Source: Kudoa neothunni
Taxonomy: Eukaryota > Animalia > Cnidaria
NCBI GenBank assembly: GCA_964304625.1
Contig: OZ199839.1
Coordinates: forward strand, 2,172,093-2,236,092
DNA: 64,000 bases
Direction of reading: 5' to 3'
A program made the translations under genes and the position numbers. Below are positions 12,555 to 26,199 of the stretch, in pieces; position 1 is the stretch's first letter; each line of letters starts with the position of its first letter. The notes under the pieces are model-generated. The model had not been told where the DNA came from, ran no database searches, and saw nothing but the letters and a program-made list of their open reading frames with translations.

Positions 12555-13791
12555 ATGACACTGGGGCCTAATCCTACATCTCCAATCAATTCCAAAAATG
12601 TTGGCAAACATAAGTCCAACAAACCAACACGTAGGATATATCCGGTCAAGCATGATTCATCATCAACCAGATCATGTAACAAACAATTTTATCAGTAGGT
12701 TCAACTTGGATACTTTTAGCGTCATTGGCAACTACCAGGCGCTACAATCTCCCAGGTTTTGATACCAACAACGAATGTGTAAAATCACGAAGTGTTAGTT
12801 CCACTTCTAGAGTCAAACGAAAAACTCCCAATAGATCGGTAATCCCATTGACTATTTATTAATCGGTGTTGAATTATGATTGTGTTTAGCCCCTGTATTT
12901 TTCGAGTAAATTAGAAAGTGAATTTTCAAACAGCTTATATGAGAATAAAAATTTTTCCATTCGAATGGTTGCCTCCGACGGTTCCTGTCTTTATAGATCG
13001 ATTGGTAGATCAAATTTAAAATATTTTCTCTGCCCTGGAGCTAATATTTTATGTAGCTCTTCAAATCTATGGAAATGAAGAATACGCCCAAATTTTGCGC
13101 CATTTGGTCCACGATTATGTGGTATTAGACAAAAACTAATACCAATTAATAATAACACTCACCTTTGTGCGTGTATTGTAGAAATTGCATTGGGACTTTT
13201 TTCGTAATTACGTCACCATGGATCGTAGTAGCTACTTGGAAGATCTGCTCAAAATCTACAACCTACGGAGATCATCCAGAAATTCAGGCAATCGCTGAAA
13301 TTTTCAAAATTCCAATCGAAATCTACACCTACAGTACAGGTAGTGGGTTAGAGTTGGCCGAGTGGTGGAGGATTTAACCGTTAATGTTGTAGAACCTTTT
13401 GTTGTTATTAATGGGGGTATTGTGTCCCCCACTGTCTTCTAATGGCAACAATTGTGAAATACCCGTTCGTCTTAGTTTCCACAACAACAATCATTATAAC
13501 GCTGTCATCGATCAGGCAGCTCCTCCATTACACACAATAATCGGTCTACCAGCGAATTTGTTGAACAGGTCGAGAATTTTGTACGAACGATGTAAACATG
13601 AGAAAAATGTTCATATGGGAAGTTCTTGTATTATACCGCGTTCAGACGAATCTTTCATAACAAACCAATCCATGACCAACAATAATGATAATAATAACAG
13701 CAACAATATGCATAGTTCTGTGTCGAATGCACCAGATTCAAGTCGTGACGTGCAATCAAATAGTGAATCTGGTGTCGATTTTGGTGACTAG
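12555..13791 (+). CDS. OTUD5: OTU-domain deubiquitinase, OTUD5-like, 6 exons, with two apparent +1 frame breaks
   Basis: Spliced reading MVASDGSCLYRSIALQIYGNEE...DFFRNYVTMD...YGDHPEIQAIAEIFKIPIEIYTYSTEP...PVRLSFHNNNHYNAVID with catalytic D/C/H present. Start codon and first two exons are tentative. Confidence 0.82.
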
Positions 13792-14071
13792 TTGTCATGG
13801 TGACTAAATCCAAGTGGGAACGTGGGAATGATTTTATTCGTTGTGAAGAATAAAGCAATTGACATACGACGTTAATTTATGTAGAAAATAGCGCGCGAGC
13901 GAAACTTTTTTTATTAGCTCTGGTTAATTTTTGTTTTTCGAATCATTCTTTCTACGAATAGTCAGAATTCTTTGTTTGTAATATATGTTTTAAAAATCTT
14001 AAATAAACCCTGCCTGAACTAACTAGTGTGTGATTTACCTTCCGACGTTTTTGCAGTCAAATTAACACCAA

Positions 14072-15243
14072 CTAGCTGGAACTGCCCAGCGTTGCTTGGG
14101 GAAAATTTCGCCTAGAGGCATTTTTTAATAGCATTCAAAAAATATACTGAAATCTCGAATTAACCCATAGAAACAAAATAACTAAAAATTTTTAGGCAAC
14201 TTACTATAACGATTTGGATTATGCAATTTAAATTATGATAATTTCTGTGAAGGAAAGTATCAATCCCTGCGTTCATTTAAAAATTTCGTGGCTCGACATC
14301 AACGCTAAACAAGTTAAGGTCAACGTTGTATTTTTTTTCATTCCAAATTATTTAAATCCCGTCAAAGTGTTATCTAAAACGTTATTTTTTGGCCTGGAGG
14401 ATTTTTAAATGTCGAATTCTGGCCTGGCTCGGTAACTGGACGCACCATTAACTTTTTAAGAGATAAAAAATAGAAAAAATAAAAGAGATAGAAGAAAACT
14501 TATGAAAATTAATCGATATTGCTAAAATTAGCATCGTTTAACTCGGCATAAACATACATACGCTTTTATCATAAACAGCCACAAATTGCGTCGATTTCAA
14601 CATAAACAATTTAAATAATTTGGTGAAATAAAAGTACAACCATCCGCATTGAATTTAATCACGTAAAGTAAAACTTAGCGGACAATTTAATGAAACCTAT
14701 GAACGCAGTATTTCCATTATAACGCTTCAATCAATGTAACTTTAACGTTCTCCACGAATTCGTTATTTGTAAAACATATATAGATTTTTTACCACATCGA
14801 ACACCATGAATAGAACTTATAAAATATATTTATCAAGTCATATACGTTAAAACTCCTGATATAAGGAATTTATTTGAGTAAACAATAAAATAAACGCACA
14901 AATCTTATACGTAATGACAGATGGCATCGTTCAATTAACATATGATGGAGCATATAAGGGAGATAGTTAACTTCAACCGACCATAACCATGAAATAAGCA
15001 AGTGCTAATCCAATAGTTGAACTCATTTAATCCGAAAAGCAAACTTTAAATCGACAAAATCACTATTTCATAAATACTTTTTGGAAACTTTAGCAGTCCG
15101 AAAACAATTAAACGATTTTTTTGAATAACAAAAATTTCTAAAAATTTTATATATGGCTCTCTATAAGGAAAAAATTATCCGCATATGCGTACTTAGGGGC
15201 ATACACACACACACACAAACATACCGACAGTCCTCTTTTATAC

Positions 15244-15276
<33 letters not shown>

Positions 15277-15281
15277 AAGGA
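14072..15281 (-). mobile_element. Non-autonomous Helitron, copy 2
   Basis: Reverse complement of 8117-9295 with a few substitutions and a longer (TA)n tract; A|TC and CTAG|T ends on the minus strand. Confidence 0.88.
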
Positions 15282-18200
15282 TATTACTCTGCGCATGCTT
15301 TAAAATTTCCCAATTTTTGACCTATTTTCCAAAAATTGTGTACAGTATTATTATAATAAAATTAGTGGAAAAATAATGATTAATATATCATTTAATCCAC
15401 ATTAATGCCCTACTAATGACTTCAGGTCCTGCTCGCAAATTTTCGCAAGAAAAATGATATTATTCTTGAATTGTTTTTGTTGGTAAATAGAAAATTATAC
15501 ATTTATCATGAAAAAAACATTTATATGAACAATTCTTACATTTTTCGGGAAATCTTCCCAACCTTTTGATAAACTGAATGGTTCAGATAATGGCTATGCA
15601 CAAGGATGGTGATACCCAAATAACCATTCAAATCAGTAGAATCCATGCTTATAAAATCGTTCTTCAAATGATTTTCCCACAAAAATTAATGTGATCGATT
15701 ACCTTTCACAGATAATTTCAGAAAAAAATATAAAAAAGGCTAAAATATTACGAATCCGTTGATACTAAGGAGTGATAATAGATAATACCGGAAGATAGGT
15801 TCAAAATGTTTTCGGGCGAAATGCTTCTTGTTTGAGATATTTTGAGATACCAAGCAATTCCAAATTTGCTGACTTTCGAATTTCCGATTACTCTTGTCCC
15901 CATTGATTATTGATTCGCTTGAATCTTCTGATGATTTCAAAAACAGTCATCACACACCCTGTCGGATTATTCTAGTTTATCATTGAATTTACTATACTCA
16001 CTCGTCGACAGTTATTGAATTAGATTTGAATATGGGATTACATTTTGTTAAAATTCGGGGGAAACAGAAAAAGTGTAATGATCTTCGTGAAAATAAATAA
16101 TAATTGTTTGCGTCAGTTATGAATTAAATTTTTGTTTACACAAAATTAAAATAAAGAGATTTTTTTCCAAAGAAAAAACAAACTTATTATTTTAAACAAA
16201 AGATTAATTACTAAAGAATGGTTTATATTTTACGATCACTTGCTAAAAGCTTACGAATAAATATGTAAAAGATTTAACGGGATTAATTGTCATATTTCGT
16301 GTTGTTTTATTAAAAACCTAGTCAATAAATATCAAAAATATTCTAAAATTGAACTGGTAAAAATTTTTGTAGTTAATTTACCAAGTAATAATTTAGAGTC
16401 AAATTGACCCTCAGGCGACATTAGTTATCAGTTTTCTACCACATTAACTTGTGAAAAATTTTCGGCAGCCAGTCGATTTTTCTAAAATTCACTGCAGTAG
16501 AATTCCACCAATCAACAAACTTTTTCATTTCGTAGAAAAACAGTTAATGCAAAATCACCCTCCAAGTAAAATTGAGGTCCAAAAGACCCCGCTATTTTGT
16601 TCCATCTAATTATCCAAAATATTGAAATAATTGTTTTGGTAAACTTTTAAAAATTTCTATCGAGTAAATATATTTTTATTGCATGAATATCATCTTAATT
16701 TATATGGTGTACGCGTCAAAGTTAATTTCGATGTGTTGAAGTGATCTTGACAGTAATTACTCTGATATCTAGTCTTCAGATTCTTTTTCCTCGTTCCATG
16801 ATTATTTATCGTTAGAAAACTTTGATATTGATACAGGTATACAACTTAACTCATTAACCCTCCGATGGCTGGTCGTGGACAGAATGTCCATTGTAGTGGT
16901 TTTTCAAATATAATATCCTCTTTAAAGTCTCTTAACATTTATATTACTTGTATTTATTTCAATGGAATTTTCATTTCGAATATTAAATTCTAGCTAATTT
17001 TTTAAAGTCTAAGATATATAAATCGTTGATTTAAAAAAAAGTTTTTCGAATGTCTGGAGGTGGTCACGCTGTCCAGCAAAGTGTGTTTTAAATTTGCTGC
17101 TCTAATAAATGTTTTATAATATTGATATTTTACATACCGACTCCGATAGAATTATTTTATATTTAAAATTGAAATTAGTCAGGTTAAAATGAGATATAGG
17201 TGCACAATTTATAAAAGGAATGTTCACTTCCAAGCGTTTATGAGGGTGACACTCCAGTATATCCCAATGGTTTTCAAGATATTGCATTATAAATTTCATG
17301 ACAATGAGGTTTTACTAAATTGAATTACTGAAGAAATTTAATTTTATATTTTTATTCTTATTTGAGCACATATAACATTTTTATGTGTATTCAATTGAGA
17401 CAAGATATGTCAACAAATGTTCGTTGACTGTGCAGTTATCTAGTCAATCACGGAGTTATCTCAGCATTTTATATTTTCCCAGAAGTTTCTAATATATTAT
17501 CCAACTTTACCGATAGGTCTATATTATTCTCCATTATTCTGGAATTTTCTGCGCCAATTTTTGGATAAAACGAAGGTTTCATGGGAGGTCATCAACCTAA
17601 CAAATTAATAACGACGAGGGTTTTGTTTATTCCATCAGAAGATGCTGATGTGAGTTGGTCCGAAAATATTCAGGAAATAGACCCAATTATTCATGGAACC
17701 ATTAACGATGAGAACGATGACCCTGATTTTGACGGTGCTATAGAAATTGAGGTCTCATCAAACATCATTCCTGCGGGGGGATGGCAATGACTAGTAATAT
17801 CCACAGCCAACTCGCATCGAAAGACGAATAAATTCCGAAAATATTTTTGGTATAAACTAAGGTTTTACATCAGTGATTCCAACGATGATTCAACTGAATC
17901 TTTAGGATTCAGTGAGCTAATGCCGGGGGTTCGAAGGATGTTGAAATTTTTTATTGCTCTTTCTGCGCAAAATTTTTATCAAATCCAAGAATACTATAAG
18001 TAGTTTCTTATTTTCATTTAAATGCAAAGATTTCCACGAGGACTACAAAACAATTTAAAGAATTACCTTTTTTAATCTGAATAATTCATGAAATGTTTTT
18101 TCTGTGAGAATAGTTTCAAATTTTTACGATATATGTAAGTATATAATTAATTTTTAATTTACACTTATTAATTCATACATCAATACATCGTCCATTCACG

Positions 18201-18774
18201 TATAAATATTTATTATTTATAATATTTAATGTAATGATTATTTTGCATAAAAATGTATTTTTTATCTGAGAACTTGGTATAGTAACCATAAAAAGACATG
18301 GGAGCAACAATTTATTACTCTAAAAAGAAGAGATTCGATGAGATCGAAAACATTTAGAATCATCGTATTAGACGCCGGCCATTGTCTGTATTATACCACA
18401 TAATAGACGCGGCAGCATACAACGCATTTCGATTGCATGGGACTAAGACCCCCAATTCCTTAGTTAATACAAACTTCAATCGAAAAGAGAATCCCTAAAA
18501 AAACTATCGGTGGAACTTTTAAAGGAATCTAAAACAAATTTTCAGAACAACAATGAAAAGACAAACGAAGTATCCAGAAAATGCGAACAGTGTGCTGTTT
18601 CTAACAGATATGCAAAACAACGATGCTGAATAAGACGCAGTACGCTGCTCCAATTCACTTACGGTGAACATAAAATAAATTTAATATTGTGTAAAACAGT
18701 TATTACTATATAATTCATTATTTTGTCGTATATTTCAATATTTTTCAGGGAGGGGATACAGTGTCCAAGGCTAT

Positions 18775-19420
18775 CAGGGCTTGGGTTTTTTTATGGTCAC
18801 CTTGGTTTCTTGAAGGTTTTTTCCATTTAATACAAAATCTTGTACTTTTATTGAAAACCGGTAAACATTAAAGAATAACACAATTTTTTATGTTCGGCAT
18901 TAATATTTATATTTTTAATGACTTATTGTATTCAGATTATACCATGCAGCAGCGTTTCCCAACTCAAATTAGACTCTCACCCACATTTGACGATAAAACG
19001 AAGTTTGCACCAACTTTCATACGATAAGCTGTAGCGTAGCCAGCTCAAAATTTCTCAAAAATTAATTTCTGTTGTGATCGAATCTCACACCCCCAAACCC
19101 ACAGTTCACATCCTTAGGGGTGCGGGAACCACCGTCATGCAGGGTTTAAACATTTGCGATATTGAACGACCACACATTATTAGAAAATTTGAACGTTATT
19201 TCAAAATAAATTTTGAATTATGAAGTAATTAATTGTGAGTGTATTGATCTACACGAACCATTAAGTATGAGCGAGTGTTCGTGCCAAAACATCGCTATCA
19301 CACGATGAGAAATTGAAATTTAATGTCTGAGGACGTAATTATTGAATCGGGAGAAGGTTAACTTTGATAGATACGATTGTATTTTTTGTTTTACGTTAAA
19401 GTAGTGTTTTTCTTAAACTT
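18775..19420 (+). mobile_element. hAT-like MITE, older copy of the 55552-56044 family
   Basis: Colinear similarity to 55552-56044 apart from the insertion at 18950-19134. Confidence 0.7.
18950..19134. mobile_element. Small Charlie-type hAT MITE
   Basis: Ends CAGCGTTTCCCAAC / GCGGGAACCACCG, TSD CCATGCAG / TCATGCAG; the empty site is visible in the sister copy (TCATACAG near 55696). Confidence 0.75.
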
Positions 19421-19669
19421 CATCTTCAGGCATGTGTGTAAGTTTTTTATCAGGGTATCGGAGGAATGATACACAAGAACGGAACGTTATGGTCGGTGAA
19501 CCCGCCCGCCGTTGGCATTTAGAACATGTGATGCAAATATTATGAATGGTCGTCTTGGTGTCTCTCAGTTTTATTACAAAATACAATTGATACTTTCAGA
19601 ATAATATTTAATTCTGTTATGTGCGCAATTATTTTAAAATAAACCAGTACATGGGTGGAAAAATTTTTG

Positions 19670-20200
19670 GTGATGAATGGATCGAATTGGATGAAATAGA
19701 ATTGAATGGGTTCATTAGCTGTTTATTACTGATGAGAATTCGCAGCGATAATCAAGAACCAGTTAGAGATTCTTGAGTTAGAAGATGAATTATCGATATA
19801 CAATGATTTATTCTCATTACATAGATTTCGTCAAACGATATGAGTTTTACATTCTTATGACATGACATGGAAAATATTGAGGTAACAAAATAATGGTAGA
19901 AGTTTTTCCAGGCTCGTGAATTACGGTATATTTTTGTAGATTTTTTACAAGTAGCTTCCGCCCTAATGAAGATTTCAAATATATCTATGTTACCTATTTT
20001 ATACAATAGTCTTATGCCACGATTATGATGATTTTTGACACATTTTAGGGGAAAATTAAACAAAGAATTCATTCTACTAAATGAGTTGAATTTGAGTGAT
20101 GTTGATAGAAAATTTGTGATATCAAAAGTGATACATACGCTTTGGTTGAAATATTTCCTTATCATTTGCACACAATATTACATTCAAGGCGTTCAATGAG
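19670..20200 (+). pseudogene. piggyBac transposase remnant
   Basis: Broken frames give WIELDEIELNGFISCLLLM and YNDLFSLHRFRQTI*VLHSYD, resembling piggyBac N-terminal core motifs. Confidence 0.55.
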
Positions 20201-21655
20201 ACTATCGGAAAACCCTAAGGTCGCAAAGAAAACACTTTAATAATATTAAAATAACAAAAAATTTTTGATTTTAAACGCATTTTCCAATTATTATCCGCAA
20301 TTGAATCGTCTTTAACATTTTCACTGGCCTCAGTTAAGAAGTTTGATGTATTTTTCAAGCGCTCAAGGTATCGTTGGCTTACAACACCGCTGCTCACATT
20401 ATGTATTAGTTTATTTGTTGGATGTGGCATCAAACACTTATTATTATTATTCCTTCTGATCAATTGCTTTACGATAAGTTTACATTTTACAGTTTCAGCT
20501 TTTAACGAGTGGGTTTATTTAGTTTTTGCCGTGTTAATTAATGAAAGAATTCTTTCAACATTTGCAGTAGCCGGAATTTCTGTACTTAGCGTCTTGATCA
20601 AGCCAATCTTTAAAATTTACTTTTAACCAATCTTGATCGAAGCACATATTATCATATTATCCCTGTTCTTTTTTGAGCTCCGTTTGAATTTTCACGCATA
20701 CTTTAAATAATATACGTCAATAACTTCAAAATATGTTATTAAAACACTAGAAAATTTTATGACTGAGTTGAAATACAATCACAGAATAATAAGAACAATT
20801 GATTAAATAAAAATTATCCAAGGGTCGGAAAACAGCGCGTTTCCGACGATTGTGATATCTTTTTAAATTTTCAAATAATTTTAGTCCCCTCCATTACTAT
20901 AACAATCAATATGATTATTATTCCTAATTATAAAACTTATTATTTATAAACTAATCTCAAAAAACTCAATGCAATAATACACAAATTTTGTAATTAAATA
21001 AAAAACCACAAGATTTAGCTTAGAGAGAAAAAACCAAAAGTTAATAGAAAAATCCCAACTCTACATTGTGTTATTAATGAAATTACTGAATATATAATCG
21101 ATAAAATATTTTGAAAACTTCTAAAAATACATATTATCATGTTTGAAATATCTTATCAAATAAAAAAGTGGGATATTTGGACCCCAATTTTGCTTAGGAG
21201 TGTTAATTTTCATGTGACTAAGAAGGTTAACATAGATTCAGTTTTTAAATTTTCGGTTATTTATCGACATCTGATATTATTTCTTAGTTTAAAGATAATA
21301 AGCTCGATATACAACAGCGGGGCAATCGAAAATATTTATAAAAATTAACGAAATCATTGTTATTTCTCTGAATGAAATAATTAAAAAAAATCTTGAAATC
21401 GAAGTAGTAGTGTTTGAATCATAAGCATTTACGAAAAGATTAACACGTACAGGACGTCATAAAAACACATCATATGAGGTTATAATTACATAATTAACAT
21501 AAAATAAATCTATACAATTCCTCTAACCACTTCAAAAGGTATACGATGATAAAAAACATTAGTTTTTAAGTGGTCCTCCAAATTCAAATTTCACCCGAGC
21601 ACGTGAAACTACTTATCCTTCCTTTTTGGATCTAAATAAAGTAAGTTCGAGGCAG

Positions 21656-22892
21656 TTATATGTTAAAAGATCGACCTTTATAACGAGGACTTCTAGATCG
21701 GCTCCTATGGTGGCGACCGTGATTGGATTTTTTAGTGTCTCTCCGTGTCCTCTCTTTGGAACGTGAAGATTCGGACGACTTGCGCCCTTTCGCATTGGAA
21801 TGCTTTTTAGACTCATAAGCTCTTATTTGTTTTCGGCTTAATCCGACAACATATAATTATTTTGATTACCAATCACAGACTTACCTAATATTTTGTAATT
21901 GCCTTCTTTCTCGTCAAACAACAAAGGATCAAATATGCTCTAAACAATTATAAATTTTACTCAATACCAAGTTAAATTCTTGATTATTGTAAAATAAAAT
22001 TATAATAGATAATATGGATTATAAAAATTTCTGAATTTGAAACATTCATTTTGCGTAATCGCCATAATATAACTCATCATTCAAATAAATTTTAAATCAA
22101 TTATTAATATACGTCAAAGCAATTTAAACCATTCGAGTCAAATGATAAGAATCAAGTAAGTTAAGTAAAAAAGCACTGCTGATAAAAAAATTAAAGTCAC
22201 CTTATCATAATTACTCGAGTACTCAATTACACCACAATATTTCAGCAATTTTTCATAGATACTACAGCAATTGGAGAGAATGCTACATAGATTACGTGTG
22301 ATACCTGGGATTTTTGAATGCGCGCGAATTTCGTATATGCTCAACAATATTCAAAACCCCTGTTGACTTTGTCCATATTGCTGGGTTAGCCGGTCCTATA
22401 AGACGGTTTATCTGGGTGTATACAAATTCTGAATCAACTTTCAGCGTTTCAATTCCTCCAATTTCTGACTGTCACTCTCATCAACAACATTGGCTAGAGA
22501 TGGGAGCTGTATCTCAGAGTAAAGTTGTCGATACGGGGATATTTCCAACTTTGAGAGCGCTTTCTAATTCAAATAAAATTTGAGTTGCATTATTCGGGCT
22601 CACCCGTCGAACCTGACGATTGGCAGTTTGATGGTGAACCGCCATCTTTTATCTGATTAGATTCCTAGAATAAATCGTCAAAATTTACACTTCTTCTAAT
22701 AAAAATACACATACTTTTGTAGCATTCTGCTGCAAATCAACATTATCCACTTTTACACAACCAACACATTTATATAAATCATAAGCTTCTAAATTTATTA
22801 CTTTTTGAAGCGGGATCATCATCGTCAGTTTCATCACTACTCCGCGTAATGACTTAAATGTTTCAACCCAGTGGTGCCACAATGGGCGACAT
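21656..22892 (-). CDS. SAP30BP: SAP30-binding protein (HCNGP family), multi-exon, RS-rich tail; some junctions unresolved
   Basis: HIRNSRAFKNP|SIYEKLLKYCGVIEYSSNYDK|SIFDP...YKILA matches the family motif F[RK]NPSIYEKL..C.I.E..[ST]NY.K..FDP; C-terminal HRSRSRSPR. Confidence 0.8.
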
Positions 22893-22908
22893 ATTTAGTT
22901 TGTGTTGC

Positions 22909-22920
22909 TGCGCTTGCGCA
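22909..22920. promoter_or_regulatory. NRF1-like motif upstream of SAP30BP
   Basis: TGCGCTTGCGCA in AT-rich context. Confidence 0.55.
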
Positions 22921-23538
22921 TATATCAATATTGTGTATACATTCGATTTTCCTATATAACTCTAACATAACTAATTCTATACAAAAGTTTTATGATTTTT
23001 GGTTTGATTTTTTGGTTATGTTAAATTTACTAATTGGATAGATAAATTTTAGAAACCACCTTAGCCTTTAATTACGCATTTTACCGCAAAAGTAAATCGA
23101 TGAATGAATTTAACCACATACTTAAAAAAGTTTAGGACTAAATTTGTGAATTAAATTTTGTTATAGATTAAATTTGATATGAATATGATAGAACTATTAA
23201 CTCGGGTTGGTCGATGTGGCAAAATTGGAGAAGAGTGCTCACGATGTTTCCCCTTTTTTTAACAAACTTAGATAAAAGGAAGCATGTGTTTGATGATGTT
23301 TAATTTGAATTCAATATGAACATCCAAGGGATTATAACAGTTTGCAACTTTATTATTCTGTGATCCAAATTTCAGGAGGAAAAATCCGGCGACCCGCCTT
23401 ATGTAAAAATAATAATTTAATCGTTGAACATAGCCATAAATTATGAATCCCATTCAATATAACAGTTAAAATACACAATTTTAATTCACAGCATAAAATG
23501 TTTAAAAATGTAATAAAATTTTTAAAGCATTTAAGATA

Positions 23539-25201
23539 CAGTCGAACCTGGATATAGCGAGGTTTTTGGGCGGTCCCGTAAAACCGCGCTATACAGAGGC
23601 CCCTCACAATACTTACGACTCGCACCTGCGCGTTAATGGAGAAAGTTATGGTTTTATTCGTTTAATTGTTTTCTAATGAAAAAATTATTCCTTTTTGATT
23701 TTATTAAAACAAATATCGGATTCAATGTTATAAGATATAGACGCGAATAGTTGGTCTAAACGAATTAATTGACAACTAATCTAAATCAACTGTAACGATT
23801 AAACCTCTTGTGGTAAACCTAAAATACCAATATGCTCGGTTTAAATCGTCTAGTTGTGAAATGGATATTTCTTTTTGAAAATAAATTTTGATCTCTAAAC
23901 ACAAAAATACACTTTTAACCCCAAACATGTTCTATTGGCTTTTAAGATATAAGGTATAACAATTTTTTCCACTCATTTTTGATAAAAAAATTTAATTTCT
24001 ATTAACAAGAATTAATTTTATACAAAATATATTAATGTTCACTTTTTATATTGGTTTTAATCGTTTCCATCAAAAATTGACGTACTCTAACATAATTTAT
24101 TCTTCAAAGTATTAATTCAGATGGAAAAATTGTGTTTATTAGATAAAACGCGTAATTCAACTACATAAAATGATAAATTAAGTTTGAAAGAAATTAATTT
24201 ATGATGAGAAATATATATATATATCAATTTTCATTATTTTTTATATTCTTTGTAATTTATATTTGAATAAAACGTTTGTTTGCCAAATGTGAGCTTTAGT
24301 CCATTATTGGACGTAAATAAAATAAACCCAGCAGGATCAGCCTTGCATAAATCCTATTCTTCGCGCATTAAGTTCAATCTTAATGTTACCTATAGTCTCC
24401 ACTTTAGCTACTTCTTCTTTCATTTCTAGATACACTTTTTTAGGCAAGGCTAAACATTCTTAATTCACATGCTGAAGTGTTATGTTAGAGCATATTTATC
24501 TCAAAGTTATCGTTTTCAAAAATATTTTAATTTTAAATGAAATATAAATGTTCCTTGTATGCTATTATCGACATGTGCAATATTTTCAAATGGGGTTTCG
24601 TTCTAAATGATTTTAAGTAAAATTATAAATAGCATGAATATTTTTGATTTATTTAAACAATTAATGATGAATAAGGAATAAACTTTATCCCAAGATTTTT
24701 CTGGGGTTCTAATATGATCTAATAATGTAAATTTTGGTTCGAAGCTCTCCTTCATATACTAGAATGTCTAGAAAAAGGATACTTCGATAGTGGTATTCTA
24801 AATAATATATTATTCCAACATCCATTGGCTGCACACAACTAGCAATATTCCTTGGAAGATTAAAAAATTACATTTGCGAGAAGCAGGAAAAATTTTCCAA
24901 TTGACAATCTTTTCTATTGTAAGAAATATCGTAATAATAATACTGTGCTTATTTTTACAGGGTATTGCCCAACGATGATCGACCTGAAAATTCTCAAACG
25001 AAAATTAAAACTGACGCAGCTATCATGTAGATTAAATTATTTATTTTTTCGGCCTCTATTCCTCTAACTCTCTTGTTTGATTTATAAAATTCTATAATAA
25101 TTAGTTGCATTCTAACTATCCAGAAACCTTACTATAACCGGCCACCAACTTCGTAAAAGCATCGCAATATGAAGGAACCTCGTTATATCCAAGTCCGACT
25201 G
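23539..25201. mobile_element. pogo/Tigger-like non-autonomous DNA transposon
   Basis: 24-bp TIRs CAGTCGAACCTGGATATAGCGAGG / CCTCGTTATATCCAAGTCCGACTG, TA flanks. Confidence 0.85.
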
Positions 25202-25949
25202 TAGTAATAATACAAATTTCACTTAAAAAAATCTTAATTTAGACTTCTTTGGGTTAATATGTAAATATTAATGTTCCAAAATTACATCATTTTGAATCTG
25301 ATAAGTCCTACACACTATTTTATATTATTTAATTAGAGAAATCTAAAAAACATAAAAATTAAAAAGATTTATTTTGTGGAATATAAGAAGATTTATATAA
25401 TTTATGTCATATATCGGCCCCTTAGTTATAAAATTTATTTAATTATATTTTGTGAATAATGAGAGACAATTGATATTGGTATTTAAATTATATTTGTCTT
25501 TTATAAGCGTGTCCTCCCCAGCAACGTAATAATTATCAAATAGATTGTTATATGATAATTAATTTACTTTGATCGGATGAAATTCATTTAAAATTAATTT
25601 TTTTGTTATATGAGGGTTTTATAGTTGAAACTGAACCATAAAATTCAAAAATACAATAAGTAGAAATTAATTAGAAATAGGGGCCAAAGAAAATAAGAAG
25701 AAACAACGATTTTAGATCGAAAAGAGTAGAGCCAAAATTATCCTTATTATATTTGAGTAATTATTTCGTTAAATTTAGTAAATTATTTTTGGATGTTAAT
25801 ATTATTTTTGTTGCTTCCATTTAAACCCGAGAAGCATGAGAATAAGACAAAATTGGACATCATCTTTTCATTTAATCCTATGTTTCAAATTAAATTTTCT
25901 ATCTATTACAAAAAATTTTGTTGTATAAGTTTTGCGAACTCATCATTAA

Positions 25950-26199
25950 CCCTTAAAGGATAACCTTCAGTTTCATGCGCCCATCTTTATATTATTTTGT
26001 TTATAAATTTTGTTGTTATTGCATGTTATATTTTGTGTATATTCGTCAGAATTTCATCTACATTTTTAAAAAAGCATTATTTACCGACCGACATCATAAA
26101 TAAGTTAATGGTTTGGCGAAATTACACAAATTATAGCAGATTTTACAACAAAATAATAGGGAGGGTGGACGCGCGAATCCAATGGTTAGTCGTTAAGGG
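25950..26199. mobile_element. piggyBac-type MITE (250 bp)
   Basis: TTAA on both sides; TIRs CCCTTAAAGGATAACC / GGTTAGTCGTTAAGGG. Confidence 0.8.

Larger units (their letters stand above)
16858..19465 (+). mobile_element. Degenerate piggyBac-like transposon with MITEs in its right end
   Basis: TTAA-CCCTCCGATGG left end, acidic N-terminal remnant (17581-17790), Cys-rich remnant near 18580, partial right TIR pieces near 18755 and 19457. Confidence 0.5.

Noticed and set aside
13230-13300. Euplotes-type stop-codon-triggered frameshifting as the general explanation
   Set aside because: The first OTU shift must occur about 10 codons before the zero-frame stop to keep YGDHPEIQA, and no shared slippery codon was found among the sites.
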